Shown here in pieces: positions 1 through 12,580 of a stretch of 64,000 nt of DNA. A model generated the notes under the pieces. The model was not told the origin of the DNA. It did no database searches and saw only the letters and a list, made by a program, of their open reading frames with translations. Numbering within the stretch: the first letter of the stretch is position 1; each line of letters opens with the position of its first letter. The DNA comes from Mytilus trossulus (Eukaryota), in NCBI RefSeq assembly GCF_036588685.1, contig NC_086382.1:57722001-57786000 (forward strand), written 5' to 3'. Made by a program: the position numbers and the translations under genes.

Positions 1-913
1 AATAATCTAAATATATTTGGTTATCAAACCTGACATTGTAAAAAGTTTTATATGGAAATAGTGCCCCATGTTCACAGTAAAACCAGGACTTAATGGATGT
101 GCTCAAAAATTTAACTATTTGAAGGTCATTAACATTTATGCCATGTTTGGTTTCATTCAATTCAGTACACCTCTAGAGGCATTTGTATGTATTTCAAATT
201 AGGTAACGAAGTCCCCTCACTGGCAGTCATTTTGGATTATGGCTCGGCTTCAAAGTAACAATATTTAGTCAGCACCTCATAATTCATTAAATATATATAT
301 ATGCCATATTTGGTTTCAATCCATTCAGTGGTTCATTCAAAGAGAAGTAACTGTATGTATTGTCCATAGAATCCTGTTTTCATCATGTCCCCCCCTTGGC
401 AGCCATCAGCTTCAAAAACTTGGTCAGCACCTCAAGGAGCATTCATGCCATGTTTGGTTTCATTCTCTTCATTACCATGATAAAATGGTGTTTTTCTATT
501 TAATTAACCATTCACAATCTTTTCCCTAGTATTTTTGATGTATACTTTTATTTTTGTAAATTTCATAAACTTTATTCAGATCTTCCTTTTGAATGTCACT
601 TATTTTAATTTTTTGGTCCAGCGGTTTCACTCCTCCCACCATTTTCCGTATTTTGCATTGTTGTAAAGGACCCTCACCCAGGTTAATAATTAACTCGATC
701 AATTATACTACTAAGTACCCCCAAATACCATGTAATTGATTTCGCAGGTAAATTGTTTTGTTCTTCAACCTGCAATGAATGTTTTTTAAATATCATAAAA
801 AGACCAGAGACCTTGATTTGGACTTTTTGCTATGACAAGATGTTTTAATATACACTGTACATGTACTTTAATAAGTTCATGTATCATGTGACTATCAACG
901 TCAACATGGAAAT

Positions 914-1108
914 AAAAGAGGGATGAAAGATACCAAAGGGACAGTCAAACTCATAAATCTGAAATAAACTGACAATGCCATGGCTACAAATGAAAAAAGA
1001 CAAACAGACAAACAATAGAACACATGACACAACATAGAAAACTTAAGAATAAACAACACAAACCCCACCAAAAACTAGGGGTGATCTCAGGTGCTCCAGA
1101 AGGGTAAG
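914..1108 (-). mobile_element. 3' tail fragment of Penelope-like retroelement (same family as 15405-15800)
   Basis: Reverse-complement match to 15616-15800 (cttaccc..ggagcacctga..atca..cccagttttggtgggg ... tatctttcgtccctctttt). Confidence 0.65.
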
Positions 1109-2214
1109 AATAAATGAACATGTACACACATGTATACCATAATATTCTACAATTTGGCAAAATCAATTATACTTTATAGTTTTTTATACATTATATTTTA
1201 TAAACTTATATTTTTTTGAGGGGGAAATGGGGGGTTGGGTGGGGTGAGTTTGAGTTCATGTTTTATATAATTTTATTAAGCTCGCGTACAACTGTTAGAG
1301 CGAATCTAAATAGATTTCTACATGAAAATGCTTTGAGAATACATGTAAGCAAAATTTGAACAATGGATTTTTCAGCTTACATGTAGTTCATAGAGCAGTG
1401 GCTTAAAGGGCCAGACTTCCCTACATACAATGTAACAGAGAAGTATAGATTTGAAAGAAAATTATACTCTTCAATAAAATTTTGTACCTTACTGAAAACC
1501 AAAGGTCAGACAGTACATGTTCTCTATTATTGTGTATAAATTTAGTACTTTCATAAATTTACTTTGCATGTAAATTACTCCTTTCATCATGTTCATCTAA
1601 TTCTTTGAAACTACCCTGTGTCAGATGTTTTAATATGCTAGCTCATTGACACTAGATTTTCACAGGAAAGTTTTACCCATTTATGACACAGGAAATGGTA
1701 CCTATACGCTTTTGCAAATTTATGTGGGAATGCAATCCACACCATTTTTTTTGTATCCCGTTTGCATTCTGTTATGAAATGAATGGGTTTATAACAAATT
1801 TTAAGCGACAGATTACAAGTTAGATTTTTGTTCACCTGAAGCACTGTAACACTTAATTAATCTTAATGACATTTTATTGATATTTTTCGGAAATTATAAC
1901 ATGTATGCATCTGTACATGTAAGTATAATAACGAATACAATGTATGTTTTTAACACATGTCCATTTCTGTATTGTGTTTTTATAAACTATAACCGGATGA
2001 TGAAATTAGCTACAATAAGTAATGTCAAGTCCAGTCAATATATACATGATACATCAGTGTTCCAGCTAGGTTTTCAAAAGGGCAGGGTGCCAATCCTGAA
2101 AAAGAGCATTTAACGCGCGATATGATAATATGAAAAGGGCATATTTTAATAAAAGATGTTAATCAAACAGTTGTGTTCATTCTTTGAATCACAGGTTATA
2201 CAAGAACAACATCA

Positions 2215-2467
2215 TTAGCCCATATAGAACTCTATCTTTCTACTTTTAAGGCTGAAAAACTTGTCAAGCAGCTTGTCACACAAGTTTTTTTATCATTGCT
2301 TGGCACAGTTGAACTTTATATGCAGTATGTTTTGAAAGGAGTCCTGTTTCATACTGTTTCTATGGTCTACCACATTTTACCAGTTTCACCTTTCTACGCC
2401 TGCTGTGCTTGATGGCAATACAGCACAAAACAGCTGTGCTCAGTAAATTCACAATTTTAGGATATAA
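2215..2467 (-). pseudogene. Frameshifted remnant of hAT transposase C-terminal dimerisation domain
   Basis: Minus-strand pieces LYPKIVNLLSTAVL / AVLPSSTAGVER / DHRNSMKQDSFQNILHIKFN / DKFFSLKSRKIEFYMG* follow the hATC pattern yP..L..lP.StA..ER...Rn.l....l..l.i..N...F..K.R. Confidence 0.8.
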
Positions 2468-2854
2468 AGCAACAGTGAAAAATAGTATCAAAAATAAAGA
2501 ATACAGAAAAAGATGATCAAGGCACCCTACCAACACTGCTACTAAGACCCTCTTTAACTTTTCCCATAACTCAAAATGAATACCTAAACATATATATTCT
2601 TAAGCATTTGCAAGAAGTATGGAGACATATTTTAGAATATGTAAATGGGTTACTCAATGCTAGGGAAAAAATCAGATTGCAGGGTTCGACACTAACGGTA
2701 GTCCGGTAGTCCGGTGCCCCCCTAAAATCTAGGAGGACTACCAAAACCTGGTTAGTCAGTAGTCCTGTGGACCACCTGGAAATTTGTATATGGTCTGGCT
2801 ATTTCAATTCTAAAACTTGGCATAAAAGTCCTCCCAATAATGTTTAAATTCTCA

Positions 2855-4791
2855 ACCAGATGCTCCGCAGGGCGTAGCTTTATACGACCGCAGAGGTTGA
2901 ACCCTGAACGGTTGGGGCAAGTATGGACACAACATTCAAGCTGGATTCCGCTCTAAATTTGGATTGTGATTAAATAGTTGACACAGCATAGGTTTCTGAC
3001 ACAGAATGAATGTATTCAAATGAACTTAAAATTTTTGTTTTCTCTTAGAGCAATTCACTATGCTGTTGAATATTAATCCTCTCAAAAAAATGTTTGAAGA
3101 AATTTTCTTTTTATTTATGAAATTTCAAATGAGAAAAATTTAACCCAATTTTTTATTCACATCCCCCTTTCCCTTATTCCAAAACTAATTTCAATTAAAA
3201 TATTCTAATGGAGTTTGCAACAATTACTACTCATTTAAATACATGATGTAAAAAAACTGCTTGTTATCACTGAATGGTAAAGATTATTTAAATTTATCAG
3301 TTGGTAGTAAAAAGTGAATATACATTGTATATTGTATATAACAAAGATTTAAGTTGATTCTGGACAAAGAAAGATAATCCAATTAAAAAAAATTCTTGCA
3401 GATATTTCTTGCTTACTATACTGGACAAAGAAAGATAACTCTTAATTAAAAAAAAAATTGCTATTTCACAATATTGTGAAATTAGATATTTCTTGCCATT
3501 GCACAATACTGTGCAACTGAAAAGACTTGCTATTGCACAATAAAATGTACTTAATATAATAATTTTAGATCCTGATTTGGACCAACTTGAAAACTGGGCC
3601 CATAATCAAAAATCTAAGTACATGTTTAGATTCAGCATATCAAAGAGGCCCAAGAATTTAATTTTTGTTAAAATCAAACTTAGTTTAATTTTGGACCCTT
3701 TGCACTTTAATTTAGACCAATTTTAAAACTGGACCAAAAATTAAGAATCTACATACAGTTAGATTTGGCATATCAAAGAACCCCAATTATTCAATTTTTG
3801 ATGAAATCAAACAATGTTTAATTTTGGACCCAGATTTGGACCAACTTGAAAACTGGGCCAATAATAAAAAATCTAAGTACATTTTTAGATTCAGCATATC
3901 AAAGAACCCCAAGGTTTTATTTTTTGTTAAAATCAAACTAAGTTTAATTTTGGACCCTTTGGACCTTAATGTAGACCAATTTGAAAACGGGACCAAAAAT
4001 TAAGAATCTACATACACAGTTAGATTCGGCATATTAAAAAACCCCAATTATTCAATTTTGATGAAATCAAACAAAGTTTAATTTTGGACCCTTTGGGCCC
4101 CTTTTTCCTTAACTGTTGGGACCAAAACTTCCAAAATCATTACCAACCTTCCTTTTATAGTCATAAACCTTGTGTTTAAATTTCATAGATTTCTATTTAC
4201 TTATACTAACGCTGTGGTGCGAAAACCAAGAAAAATGCTTATTTGGGTCCCTTTTTGGCCCCTAATTCCTAAACTGTTGGGACCGAAACTCCCAAAATCA
4301 ATACCAACCTTCCTTTTGTGGTCATAAACATTGTGTTTAAATTTCATTGATTTCTATTTACTTTAACTAAAGTTATTGTGCGAAAACCAAGAATAATGCT
4401 TATTTGGGCCCTTTTTTGGCCCCTAATTCCTAAACTGTTGAAAATAAAACTCCCAAAATCAATCCCAACCTTTATTTTGTGGTTATAAACCTTGTGTAAA
4501 AATTTCATTGATTTCTATATACTTTAACTAAAGTTATTGTGCGAAAACCAAGAAAATGCTTATTTGGGCCCTTTTTGGCCCCTAATTCCTAAAATGATGG
4601 GACCAAAACTCCCAAAATCAATACCAGCCTTCCTTTTATGGTCATAAACCTTGTGTTAAAATTTCATAGATTTCTATTCACTTTTACTAAAGTTAGAGTG
4701 CGAAAACTAAAAGTATTCGGACAACGACGACGACGCCAACGTGATAGCAATATACGACGAAAATTTTTTCAAAATTTGCGGTCGTATAAAA
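2855..4791 (-). mobile_element. Helentron-associated non-autonomous element (HINE/DINE-like) with internal satellite arrays, copy 1
   Basis: Subterminal inverted repeats tttatacgaccgca / tgcggtcgtataaa, an end hairpin, a (gac)n microsatellite, a short palindrome gctccgcagggcgtagc, insertion at AA/TT with no TSD, and central ~259-bp and ~161-bp tandem arrays. Confidence 0.8.
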
Positions 4792-5058
4792 ACAGTGATG
4801 GCATTTGGAAGAACGTAATTTTAATATTGTTATTATGAAAGCACTTTTGAGATCCAGATTTCTGATCAGAATCATTACAGTGTCAGGGTTCGACACTAAC
4901 GGTAGTCCGGTAGTCCGGTGCCCCCCTAAAATCTAGGAGGACTACCAAAACCTGGTTAGTCAGTAGTCCTGTGGACCACCTGGAAATTTGTATATGGTCT
5001 GGCTATTTCAATTCTAAAACTTGGCATAAAAGTCCTCCCAATAATGTTTAAATTCTCA

Positions 5059-6995
5059 ACCAGATGCTCCGCAGGGCGTAGCTTTATACGACCGCAGAGG
5101 TTGAACCCTGAACGGTTGGGGCAAGTATGGACACAACATTCAAGCTGGATTCCGCTCTAAATTTGGATTGTGATTAAATAGTTGACACAGCATAGGTTTC
5201 TGACACAGAATGAATGTATTCAAATGAACTTAAAATTTTTGTTTTCTCTTAGAGCAATTCACTATGCTGTTGAATATTAATCCTCTCAAAAAAATGTTTG
5301 AAGAAATTTTCTTTTTATTTATGAAATTTCAAATGAGAAAAATTTAACCCAATTTTTTATTCACATCCCCCTTTCCCTTATTCCAAAACTAATTTCAATT
5401 AAAATATTCTAATGGAGTTTGCAACAATTACTACTCATTTAAATACATGATGTAAAAAAACTGCTTGTTATCACTGAATGGTAAAGATTATTTAAATTTA
5501 TCAGTTGGTAGTAAAAAGTGAATATACATTGTATATTGTATATAACAAAGATTTAAGTTGATTCTGGACAAAGAAAGATAATCCAATTAAAAAAAATTCT
5601 TGCAGATATTTCTTGCTTACTATACTGGACAAAGAAAGATAACTCTTAATTAAAAAAAAAATTGCTATTTCACAATATTGTGAAATTAGATATTTCTTGC
5701 CATTGCACAATACTGTGCAACTGAAAAGACTTGCTATTGCACAATAAAATGTACTTAATATAATAATTTTAGATCCTGATTTGGACCAACTTGAAAACTG
5801 GGCCCATAATCAAAAATCTAAGTACATGTTTAGATTCAGCATATCAAAGAGGCCCAAGAATTTAATTTTTGTTAAAATCAAACTTAGTTTAATTTTGGAC
5901 CCTTTGCACTTTAATTTAGACCAATTTTAAAACTGGACCAAAAATTAAGAATCTACATACAGTTAGATTTGGCATATCAAAGAACCCCAATTATTCAATT
6001 TTTGATGAAATCAAACAATGTTTAATTTTGGACCCAGATTTGGACCAACTTGAAAACTGGGCCAATAATAAAAAATCTAAGTACATTTTTAGATTCAGCA
6101 TATCAAAGAACCCCAAGGTTTTATTTTTTGTTAAAATCAAACTAAGTTTAATTTTGGACCCTTTGGACCTTAATGTAGACCAATTTGAAAACGGGACCAA
6201 AAATTAAGAATCTACATACACAGTTAGATTCGGCATATTAAAAAACCCCAATTATTCAATTTTGATGAAATCAAACAAAGTTTAATTTTGGACCCTTTGG
6301 GCCCCTTTTTCCTTAACTGTTGGGACCAAAACTTCCAAAATCATTACCAACCTTCCTTTTATAGTCATAAACCTTGTGTTTAAATTTCATAGATTTCTAT
6401 TTACTTATACTAACGCTGTGGTGCGAAAACCAAGAAAAATGCTTATTTGGGTCCCTTTTTGGCCCCTAATTCCTAAACTGTTGGGACCGAAACTCCCAAA
6501 ATCAATACCAACCTTCCTTTTGTGGTCATAAACATTGTGTTTAAATTTCATTGATTTCTATTTACTTTAACTAAAGTTATTGTGCGAAAACCAAGAATAA
6601 TGCTTATTTGGGCCCTTTTTTGGCCCCTAATTCCTAAACTGTTGAAAATAAAACTCCCAAAATCAATCCCAACCTTTATTTTGTGGTTATAAACCTTGTG
6701 TAAAAATTTCATTGATTTCTATATACTTTAACTAAAGTTATTGTGCGAAAACCAAGAAAATGCTTATTTGGGCCCTTTTTGGCCCCTAATTCCTAAAATG
6801 ATGGGACCAAAACTCCCAAAATCAATACCAGCCTTCCTTTTATGGTCATAAACCTTGTGTTAAAATTTCATAGATTTCTATTCACTTTTACTAAAGTTAG
6901 AGTGCGAAAACTAAAAGTATTCGGACAACGACGACGACGCCAACGTGATAGCAATATACGACGAAAATTTTTTCAAAATTTGCGGTCGTATAAAA
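5059..6995 (-). mobile_element. Helentron-associated non-autonomous element, copy 2 (part of the tandem duplication)
   Basis: Duplicate of 2855-4791 at offset 2204. Confidence 0.8.
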
Positions 6996-7493
6996 ACAGT
7001 GATGGCATTTGGAAGAACGTAATTTTAATATTGTTATTATGAAAGCACTTTTGAGATCCAGATTTCTGATCAGAATCATTACAGTGTTTGTAACAGACAG
7101 GATTTCCAATGTAAATAAAAATGTCTGATAACCAAACTGTGAAGAAACTGCTGAATAGACAGCAAAGGTCAGCAATAAAAACGTAGATGAGTTTAAAAAA
7201 TACTTCCCAAATTTGGATAAAAAGTTATTATCCCCCCAAAAAAATAAACAGGAAGAGGTAGTTTGGAAAAAAAGGCAACAATATTTTTTTGGTGGCTTTC
7301 TTATTAAAAAAATCCCACATACATGTCATTCAAAATAATATTAAAGGCATTTTGTTTCAGCAACATATCCACTGAATTGCTTTCAACAGTGATGATGACG
7401 TTGACCTCTAGTACACAAACAAAGACACTGTATCACTACAAAAAAAATCTTATAAACTGATTGAAGAATTAATGAAAACTTCAAACATTGTTA

Positions 7494-7749
7494 GGTCACA
7501 CTTAAAAATATTTTGGTTTGCCCAAACCCTACCCAAATGTTGAGACAGTGGGGCATGTGGGTAGGTAGGTAGGCATTTTCTTTTCTTTTTTTTCAAAAAA
7601 CAGAAATTGAAGTATTAGATGTTTATTGGTCTTCATGCCTATTTGATTAAAAAAAAATCTTTAAATCAGGACAATAAAAGAATTTGAGTGAGCAGCTTTT
7701 TTCTGGGTAGGTAGCGTTTGGGTAAACAAACCTATTATTTATTATGGCC
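7494..7749. mobile_element. PIF/Harbinger-like MITE nested in element B
   Basis: TTA on both flanks; imperfect TIRs ggtca...gtttgcccaaaccctaccca / tgggtaggtagcgtttgggtaaac...tggcc. Confidence 0.6.
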
Positions 7750-8919
7750 TTATTTTTTATCCTTTTTTTTCTTAATAATCCTGGAATAAAAGGTCAAGTA
7801 ACTCCACCTAACAAGGCCTTAAAAATTGTCTCAGATTGCAGATTTTGCATTTAATTTTTCAAAATTTTCTGACAGGAAAAGTTCAGGAGTAATAAAATTT
7901 ATTCACTGAATGTCAACTTTAATTTATCTGAAAAAAAAAACCAAATATTTTCAAAACTCAAATGAACATTTCTGTGCTTTTGAGGTGCTCATCAGATGGC
8001 AGGAAATTGCATCTTATTTCCAAAAATTTTCTTGGGGGGGGCATGCCCCCAAACCCCCCTAGCTAGTTCGGGCCGCGTTGCGGCCCTCACCGGTGATAGA
8101 CGAGGACCACCAGGACTACCAAATTTTTTTTCTTGGTAGTCCTGTGGACTACATCACCTCTAATGTTAGTGTCAAACCCTGGATTGAGTTATCTTTCTTT
8201 ATTCGGGTGTGCTCCTTCTTTGGAGGATTATAAACAGTACGTAAATATGATGTAAATATGATCACAATATGGCGGCCGATTTTGTTATTTTCGTATCAAA
8301 AATGAAGGCAGTCAATGACAAATACGTCTGAATTTTCTGTTTATTTTACAGAAAAAAAGTAAAACAATGTCTTCAACGAGTTTATTATGATTTTCCAACT
8401 TTCTGTCATTACGTTTCCTCCATGAAACTACGGTAAACATCGCAAATTGTGCCCAAGTTGTTGTATGCACATTTCTTCAAAGATAATTGCCGACTGACCA
8501 ATTCTATTTGAATGAATTAATGTTGATGATCATTAATGACCCATCCGATAAACGGAGTACCTATAACAACAGATTATGACACCAGTTGTAACCATTGATT
8601 AGCTTGGGGTCGTAAACAAAGTCATAAACTTTTCCCCAGGTAAAATTTAGTAATTAGCGTATCATATCAATACGCAAATTAATATGCAATCGATCTTCAA
8701 AAAAGGCAGGGCGCCACTCGGAAAAGGGCGGGCGCCGCGCCCTCTGAAAACGGCCTAGCTGGAATACTGTACATGTTCCTGCTTTCACTCAGTTTGTAGT
8801 CAGACATCACAACCACCAATAGGAATTTTGTGGACTACCTGATTTTTGTTGGTCCAGTTCAACAGTTCCAGACAAGACTGTATATGGCGACTGCATGTGG
8901 GACAGGGTGTGAAATTCTT

Positions 8920-9142
8920 GGCCTTCTTTTACTTTAAGAGTCCCTGTACTTTTAGAGTTAGGGTTTGTTCTTGGTTATTGTTAGGTTAGGGAATGTTCTA
9001 GGTTAGAACTGCGGGTTAGGTTTTAGGGTTAGAGCTAGTGTTATGTTTAGGTAGGGTTATGGTAAGGTTCAGGGTTAAGGATAGTTTAGTATACATTTGT
9101 AGCTCTATATGGGTTGGGACCCCTAAAGCAAAAGAATAGACC
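8920..9142. mobile_element. MITE-like element enclosing degenerate TTAGGG-like repeats
   Basis: TIR ttcttttactttaagagtccc / gggacccctaaagcaaaagaa (3 mismatches in 21) flanking gttaggg/ggttag variants. Confidence 0.6.
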
Positions 9143-11223
9143 ATGCACAAAAAATCTTATGAGCACTGTAACTTGTAAGATGTATATGTCTGTTGCTATT
9201 GTTTGTGTTCAATTAACAAATTGAGCATACTTCATTGATAATAAAGTGGTTATATATTCATTGTGATAATACATGTATTGATTGAGATTGCATTATGCCA
9301 TACATAGTATTCCAAGAATACGTAGTATTTCTGGCCCGTTTCTCGAGTTCAGGAATGTGGTAAAACGGTCGATTTTAGCATTCGAATTCATGAAAATTTC
9401 TCAAAGATGTGCAAAAAAAATTATTTAAATGCTTAAATTATCATTATGCGAGGTTGCATACTGACAATGCACTTACGTCTCGTCGTGCAAAGGGTTGTAA
9501 TCCTCATTTGGCGATGCTGACCTGGGATACTTTGTCCCATCAGCCGCCATGACAGATTATCACGGAAAGTCACGCGTGATTTCTATTTTTAGCAACACAA
9601 GGGATTTACCCATTTGCTGTGTTTTTATGTAAACAATTTTTGGGGTTCATTCACCTATGCCAACATTTCAAAAAGAATTGTATGAAAAATTAAAATGTTG
9701 GCATTGGTTGAATACAAATTTCACAAAAACATAGATTAGCGTTTAAGTGTACCCAGAAATAATTTTGTTGCAATATTTATTATCAAAAATCTAGACATGT
9801 AATAATATAGCTCCCTAAATAATAAGTACAGACAAATTTTCATTAGTAAATAACCAAACAATTTTTTTCTCATTTGAGAGATGTATAAAATAAGGACAAA
9901 TACAGTTTATCTCCTTGAAAAATATCTCCCTATCTCATATCGAGATACATGTACAAGTCATCCAAGTATTCGATTGGTCTCATGCTAGGGGCTAATACAA
10001 CTTTACATAAATGGTAAACTATACATATAGAATTAAGAGCCATTCCATACTTGGGGGGGGGGGGGGCAAAGAGAAGAATCGTCATCGCAAAATATCATAT
10101 ATATACTGTATTCATTAAAATTAAGGCCACGGTGACTACGTTTTTGCCAGTCCGCAATCTGTAGTGAAAGTGATATAGTGAAATAAATGTACTAATTTCA
10201 GCTGTTACGCCAGTTTGGTCCACTGAATTTTGTCAAAATAATCCAAGAAACATTGCAGATGATAAATTCACTTGCAAGTAAATAATTCGACATCATTGAA
10301 TCCGTATTTACACAACTTTCAATTTAACCCTTTTTATAACAGATGCATGAGTTAGGCATGTTCAGTTAAAAGTAAGAAAATTGTCGACATAATGTGAATC
10401 ATGAATAAACAATTCGATTGACTTCATCCAACAAAAAAGAATTCTTATGCATGTAAAAAACGACGAATTAATATATCATTTTAAACTTATGATATGAAAT
10501 CAAACAGACCTAGAAACTGATTCAATTGCTATATCTATTTATATCTATGTTTATGTTTCTATCGAGTTATATGGCCGTTGGCAGTCTTCGTATGTCACCT
10601 CAATTGTTGATAACATGACGTCTAGAGAAGAATAAATAATGATACACGTTATCTATCCCAATCATCGTAATATACTTATTTTAGATTTTTTTTTAAACTT
10701 GGACATACGTTCTATGTTATTAATCAAATATGATAATTTGGGTAAAATCGTTGAACATGAGTTTTATAGCTACTACCCCTTTCAGTTGTCTCTTTTTATT
10801 CGAAATTAGATAATAAAACCATAGATATCACATCTATGAATTACATATATGATAAAACCAAGGATTTTTGTTAATTTATTAGAGGAATAATTAAAAAGAA
10901 AGTAACAGTATCATCCTGTCCCATTATTGTGATGAATATAGAACAAAACAAGAAAAAGATATATAATGATAACTTTAACTGCTACATATAACAAAACCTA
11001 TTGTATTTTGTTTGTTGGCACAGGTTGCCAGAATATATATTGACTTCAAATGTTGGCATAGGTTGAGGGCACCATTTTCTTAGACATACATTAATTTCTA
11101 TTATTAATGATAAATTAATAGTACAGCTAAATGGGCTCTGTGTATGTCTGTCTCTTATCATAATCATGATTTGAACCCTGACTTCATATAATATCATTCA
11201 AATGTGAGGTCAACTCCTTAACG

Positions 11224-11250
11224 GAAGAAGAAGAAGAAGAAGAAGAAGAA
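11224..11250 (+). repeat. (GAA)9 microsatellite
   Basis: Direct reading. Confidence 0.9.
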
Positions 11251-11406
11251 GAGAATTAAACAAAGGCGCATGGACCCCCCTCATTTAAAGTTTTGATTCT
11301 TCATCGTCTTAGCTTATTTCACATGTTTCATATATAGTTAATGTGTTTAATGCTATTATCTGCACTGTATTACAGCAAAAGAAGTACTACATTGTTATAT
11401 GATATC

Positions 11407-11499
11407 CAGTGGCGGATCCAGAAATTATAATAAATGGGGGCCCACTGACAGCCAAAGAGGGTGCCCGTGCCCCCTACCCCCCTAAATCCCGGGCCTCTG
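11407..11499. mobile_element. Short internally deleted MITE (CAGTGGCGGATCCAG family)
   Basis: Ends cagtggcggatccag / taaatcccgggcctctg; homologous to 22181-22327; flanks atatc/ctatc. Confidence 0.65.
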
Positions 11500-12163
11500 C
11501 TATCCTGTCTGTCTTAATCATTTTCGACTGCCTTTTCTTATATTTACTGTTTCCTTTTTTATTATTGGTGTTTTTTGTATACCTTTTAGTTGTATATATA
11601 ATTTATTTGTTGTGTACAGTATCGTTTCTCATAACGACCCTATCTATATATGTACATTGGAACAGCCGGACGCCGGAATGATATATATAAGGGCTTATAG
11701 TCGTCAACATCTATATTTAGATCTTTAGTAAGATTTCCAATAAGACACCTATCCGCCAGAGACCAATTGACGTGGATGTAATATAGAAGCAAATGTAAGT
11801 CAATGAACGACCTTCAACAATGTGCAAAACATATTCCGTATCGGTAACTGAGATAATTATTTTGCTAAAACATTGCATTTGATGTTTAAGGGAAGAAAGA
11901 TAAATTCATAACTTTTTTAAAAGAGCATACATTTTTAGTTATTTTTTAAAGCATATTATCTAACATTTTTAAATCAATTCTGCTTTTTGTCGTTCTTTTA
12001 AGTGAAAAAAATGTTGATCTGAGAAGTAATTGTTTTGTATTTTAATTTTGAACAATGTTTAAATTGTGTACGCAATTAATTAGGAGCATGAGGTAAAAGT
12101 GTCTCATATGTCTTTAAAAGCAGGAATCTGATATATTTTTATTCTGATTTTATCTGATGTATT

Positions 12164-12319
12164 TAAGGAATGACTGTAATATTTTTTCTGTCTTTTCGAA
12201 ATAACATAAAAAATGTGGTGCACACTGTTAAATAACCCGCTTTGCGCGTAATTCAGTGTGCACCACATTTTTTATATTATTTCGAAAAGACCGAAAAAAA
12301 TTATTACAGTCATTTCTTA
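12164..12319. mobile_element. Palindromic foldback MITE
   Basis: ~65-bp arms taaggaatgactgtaat...gtggtgcacactg / cagtgtgcaccac...attacagtcatttctta with a short loop. Confidence 0.8.
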
Positions 12320-12349
12320 TAATTTAATTCTAAATTCTAAATGTCACTG

Positions 12350-12580
12350 CACCATGAAAATGAGGTCAAGGACATTGGACATGTGACGGACAGAAACTTC
12401 GAAACAGTGAGGCATCTATATACAAGTATGAAGCCTCCAGGGTTTCCACGTTCCAGACTATAATGCTTTTAAGAAGTAAGCTCACGCAGCCGCCGCCTAC
12501 ACCGCCACAGCCGCCACCGCCGCCGGATCACTATCCCTGTGTCGAGCTTTCTGCGACAAAAGTCTCAGGCTCGACAAAAA
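12350..12580 (-). mobile_element. Truncated Helentron-associated element (one end)
   Basis: End hairpin tgtcgagc..tgcgacaaaagtctcaggctcgacaaaaa next to a (gcc)n microsatellite, same layout as the 4791 end. Confidence 0.65.

Larger units (their letters stand above)
2680..7087. repeat. Tandem duplication, 2 x 2,204 bp (2680-4883 and 4884-7087)
   Basis: Identical ORF-track entries offset by 2204 (3297/5501, 3787/5991, 4638/6842); no differences seen in spot checks; both copies start at the TIR of element B. Confidence 0.95.
2680..8181. mobile_element. Non-autonomous TIR DNA transposon (element B), 5-bp TSD, nested in element A
   Basis: 17-bp TIRs cagggttcgacactaac / gttagtgtcaaaccctg (1 mismatch); TSD GATTG at 2675-2679 and 8182-8186; subterminal ggtagtcc/ggactacc motifs at both ends. 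Confidence 0.9.
2055..8769 (-). mobile_element. Non-autonomous hAT-superfamily DNA transposon (element A), 5-bp TSD, hAT5-like
   Basis: 16-bp TIRs cagtgttccagctagg / cctagctggaatactg (1 mismatch); TSD TACAT at 2050-2054 and 8770-8774; subterminal aaaagggcaggg repeats at both ends; internal hAT transposase remnant. Confidence 0.88.

Noticed and set aside
3570-6910. Repeat arrays as CRISPR or RNA gene clusters
   Set aside because: Tandem satellite monomers inside a Helentron-type element, with no spacers.
8950-9090. True telomere or chromosome fusion site
   Set aside because: Short, degenerate, single orientation and enclosed by TIRs.
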